Positions 23,995 through 24,758 of a stretch of DNA of 24,758 bases are shown here, in pieces; the first letter of the stretch is position 1, and every line of letters begins with the position of its first letter. The position numbers and the translations under genes were made by a program. The stretch lies in IMG/VR virus record IMGVR_UViG_2698536536_000002. One strand, given 5' to 3'. The notes beneath the pieces were generated by a model. That model worked only from the letters and a program-made list of their open reading frames with translations, was not told the DNA's origin and did not search any database. Source of the DNA: a virus. Lineage: Duplodnaviria > Heunggongvirae > Uroviricota > Caudoviricetes.

Positions 23995-24758
23995 TGGTCT
24001 TTGCTATCTGGTTACGTATGAATCTGAAAGAAAGCCCGGTCTTTGAGAAGGTTAATGACAGCAACCAACCCACAGCAAAACCTGCACCTGCTGGTAGCAT
24101 GTTCCAGAGCAAATCCTTCTGGCTGGCAACAGGGCTGCGTTTTGGTCAGGCGGGTAACTCCGGGTTAATTCAGACTTTCCTTGCAGGCTATTTAGTGCAG
24201 ACGTTATTGTTTAACAAAGCAATTCCAACAGATGCATTGATGATTAGTTCGATTCTCGGCTTTATGACCATTCCGTTCCTTGGTTGGTTATCCGATAAAA
24301 TTGGTCGCCGGATCCCGTATATTATTATGAATACCTCCGCGATTGTGCTGGCATGGCCAATGCTTTCTATCATTGTAGATAAAAGCTATGCCCCGAGCAC
24401 CATTATGGTTGCACTGATTGTGATTCATAACTGTGCGGTGCTGGGATTATTTGCTCTGGAAAACATTACCATGGCAGAAATGTTCGGCTGTAAAAACCGC
24501 TTTACCCGGATGGCTATTTCTAAAGAAATTGGTGGTCTTATCGCTTCCGGTTTTGGTCCTATCCTGGCGGGTATTTTCTGCACCATGACGGAATCCTGGT
24601 ATCCGATCGCCATTATGATCATGGCATATTCAGTGATTGGTTTAATCTCTGCGCTGAAAATGCCAGAGGTGAAAGACCGTGATTTAAGTGCGCTGGAAGA
24701 CGCTGCGGAAGATCAACCGCGTGTTGTAAGAGCTGCGCAACCTTCCAGAAGTCTGTAA
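23994..24758 (+). pseudogene. C-terminal half of an MFS transporter (host gene fragment; ydfJ-like)
   Basis: 255-aa frame encoding about six TM helices, starting in what looks like the central cytoplasmic loop of an MFS protein (…RMNLKESPVFEKV…). No N-terminal half in the window. Stop codon at the window end. I recall the Qin integration locus of K-12 as a disrupted MFS gene (ydfJ). Confidence 0.6.

Noticed and set aside
1-24758. CRISPR arrays, insertion sequences or transposase genes
   Set aside because: No regularly spaced direct repeats with unique spacers were seen, and no transposase-like ORF or terminal inverted repeats were recognised.

Overview
This window spans most of a defective lambdoid prophage of the E. 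coli Qin/Rac type, from the integrase stop codon (pos 2) to a truncated large-terminase gene abutting a host MFS-transporter fragment (about 23994-24758). All calls rest on reading the sequence and ORF track and on recalled family signatures; no database search or computation was run. Gene order left to right: int, xis-like and an 823-aa exonuclease (minus strand); a dicB-type operon (YdfA-like, YdfB/C-like, DicF sRNA, DicB, YdfD-like); a DicA/RacR-type repressor divergent from a Cro-like/YdaT-like pair; a replication initiator with in-gene iterons; then hok, a DUF968 protein, RusA, antiterminator Q, a terminator, two tRNAs (CAU and UCU anticodons), the lysis cassette (pinholin, YdfR-like, SAR endolysin, Rz/Rz1) and terminase small/large subunits. 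Three AT-rich cargo blocks sit at typical moron positions and are the best candidates for an undescribed system: (i) an AbiH-like gene plus a 465-aa partner with a possible PD-(D/E)xK motif (9141-11491, minus); (ii) two paralogous lipoproteins whose C-terminal domains closely resemble TolA domain III (16646-17620), a possible periplasmic decoy for Tol-dependent phages or colicins; (iii) a translationally coupled 140-aa + 430-aa operon with no recognisable domains (20020-21731). Start codons and the functions of the unknown genes are inferences.
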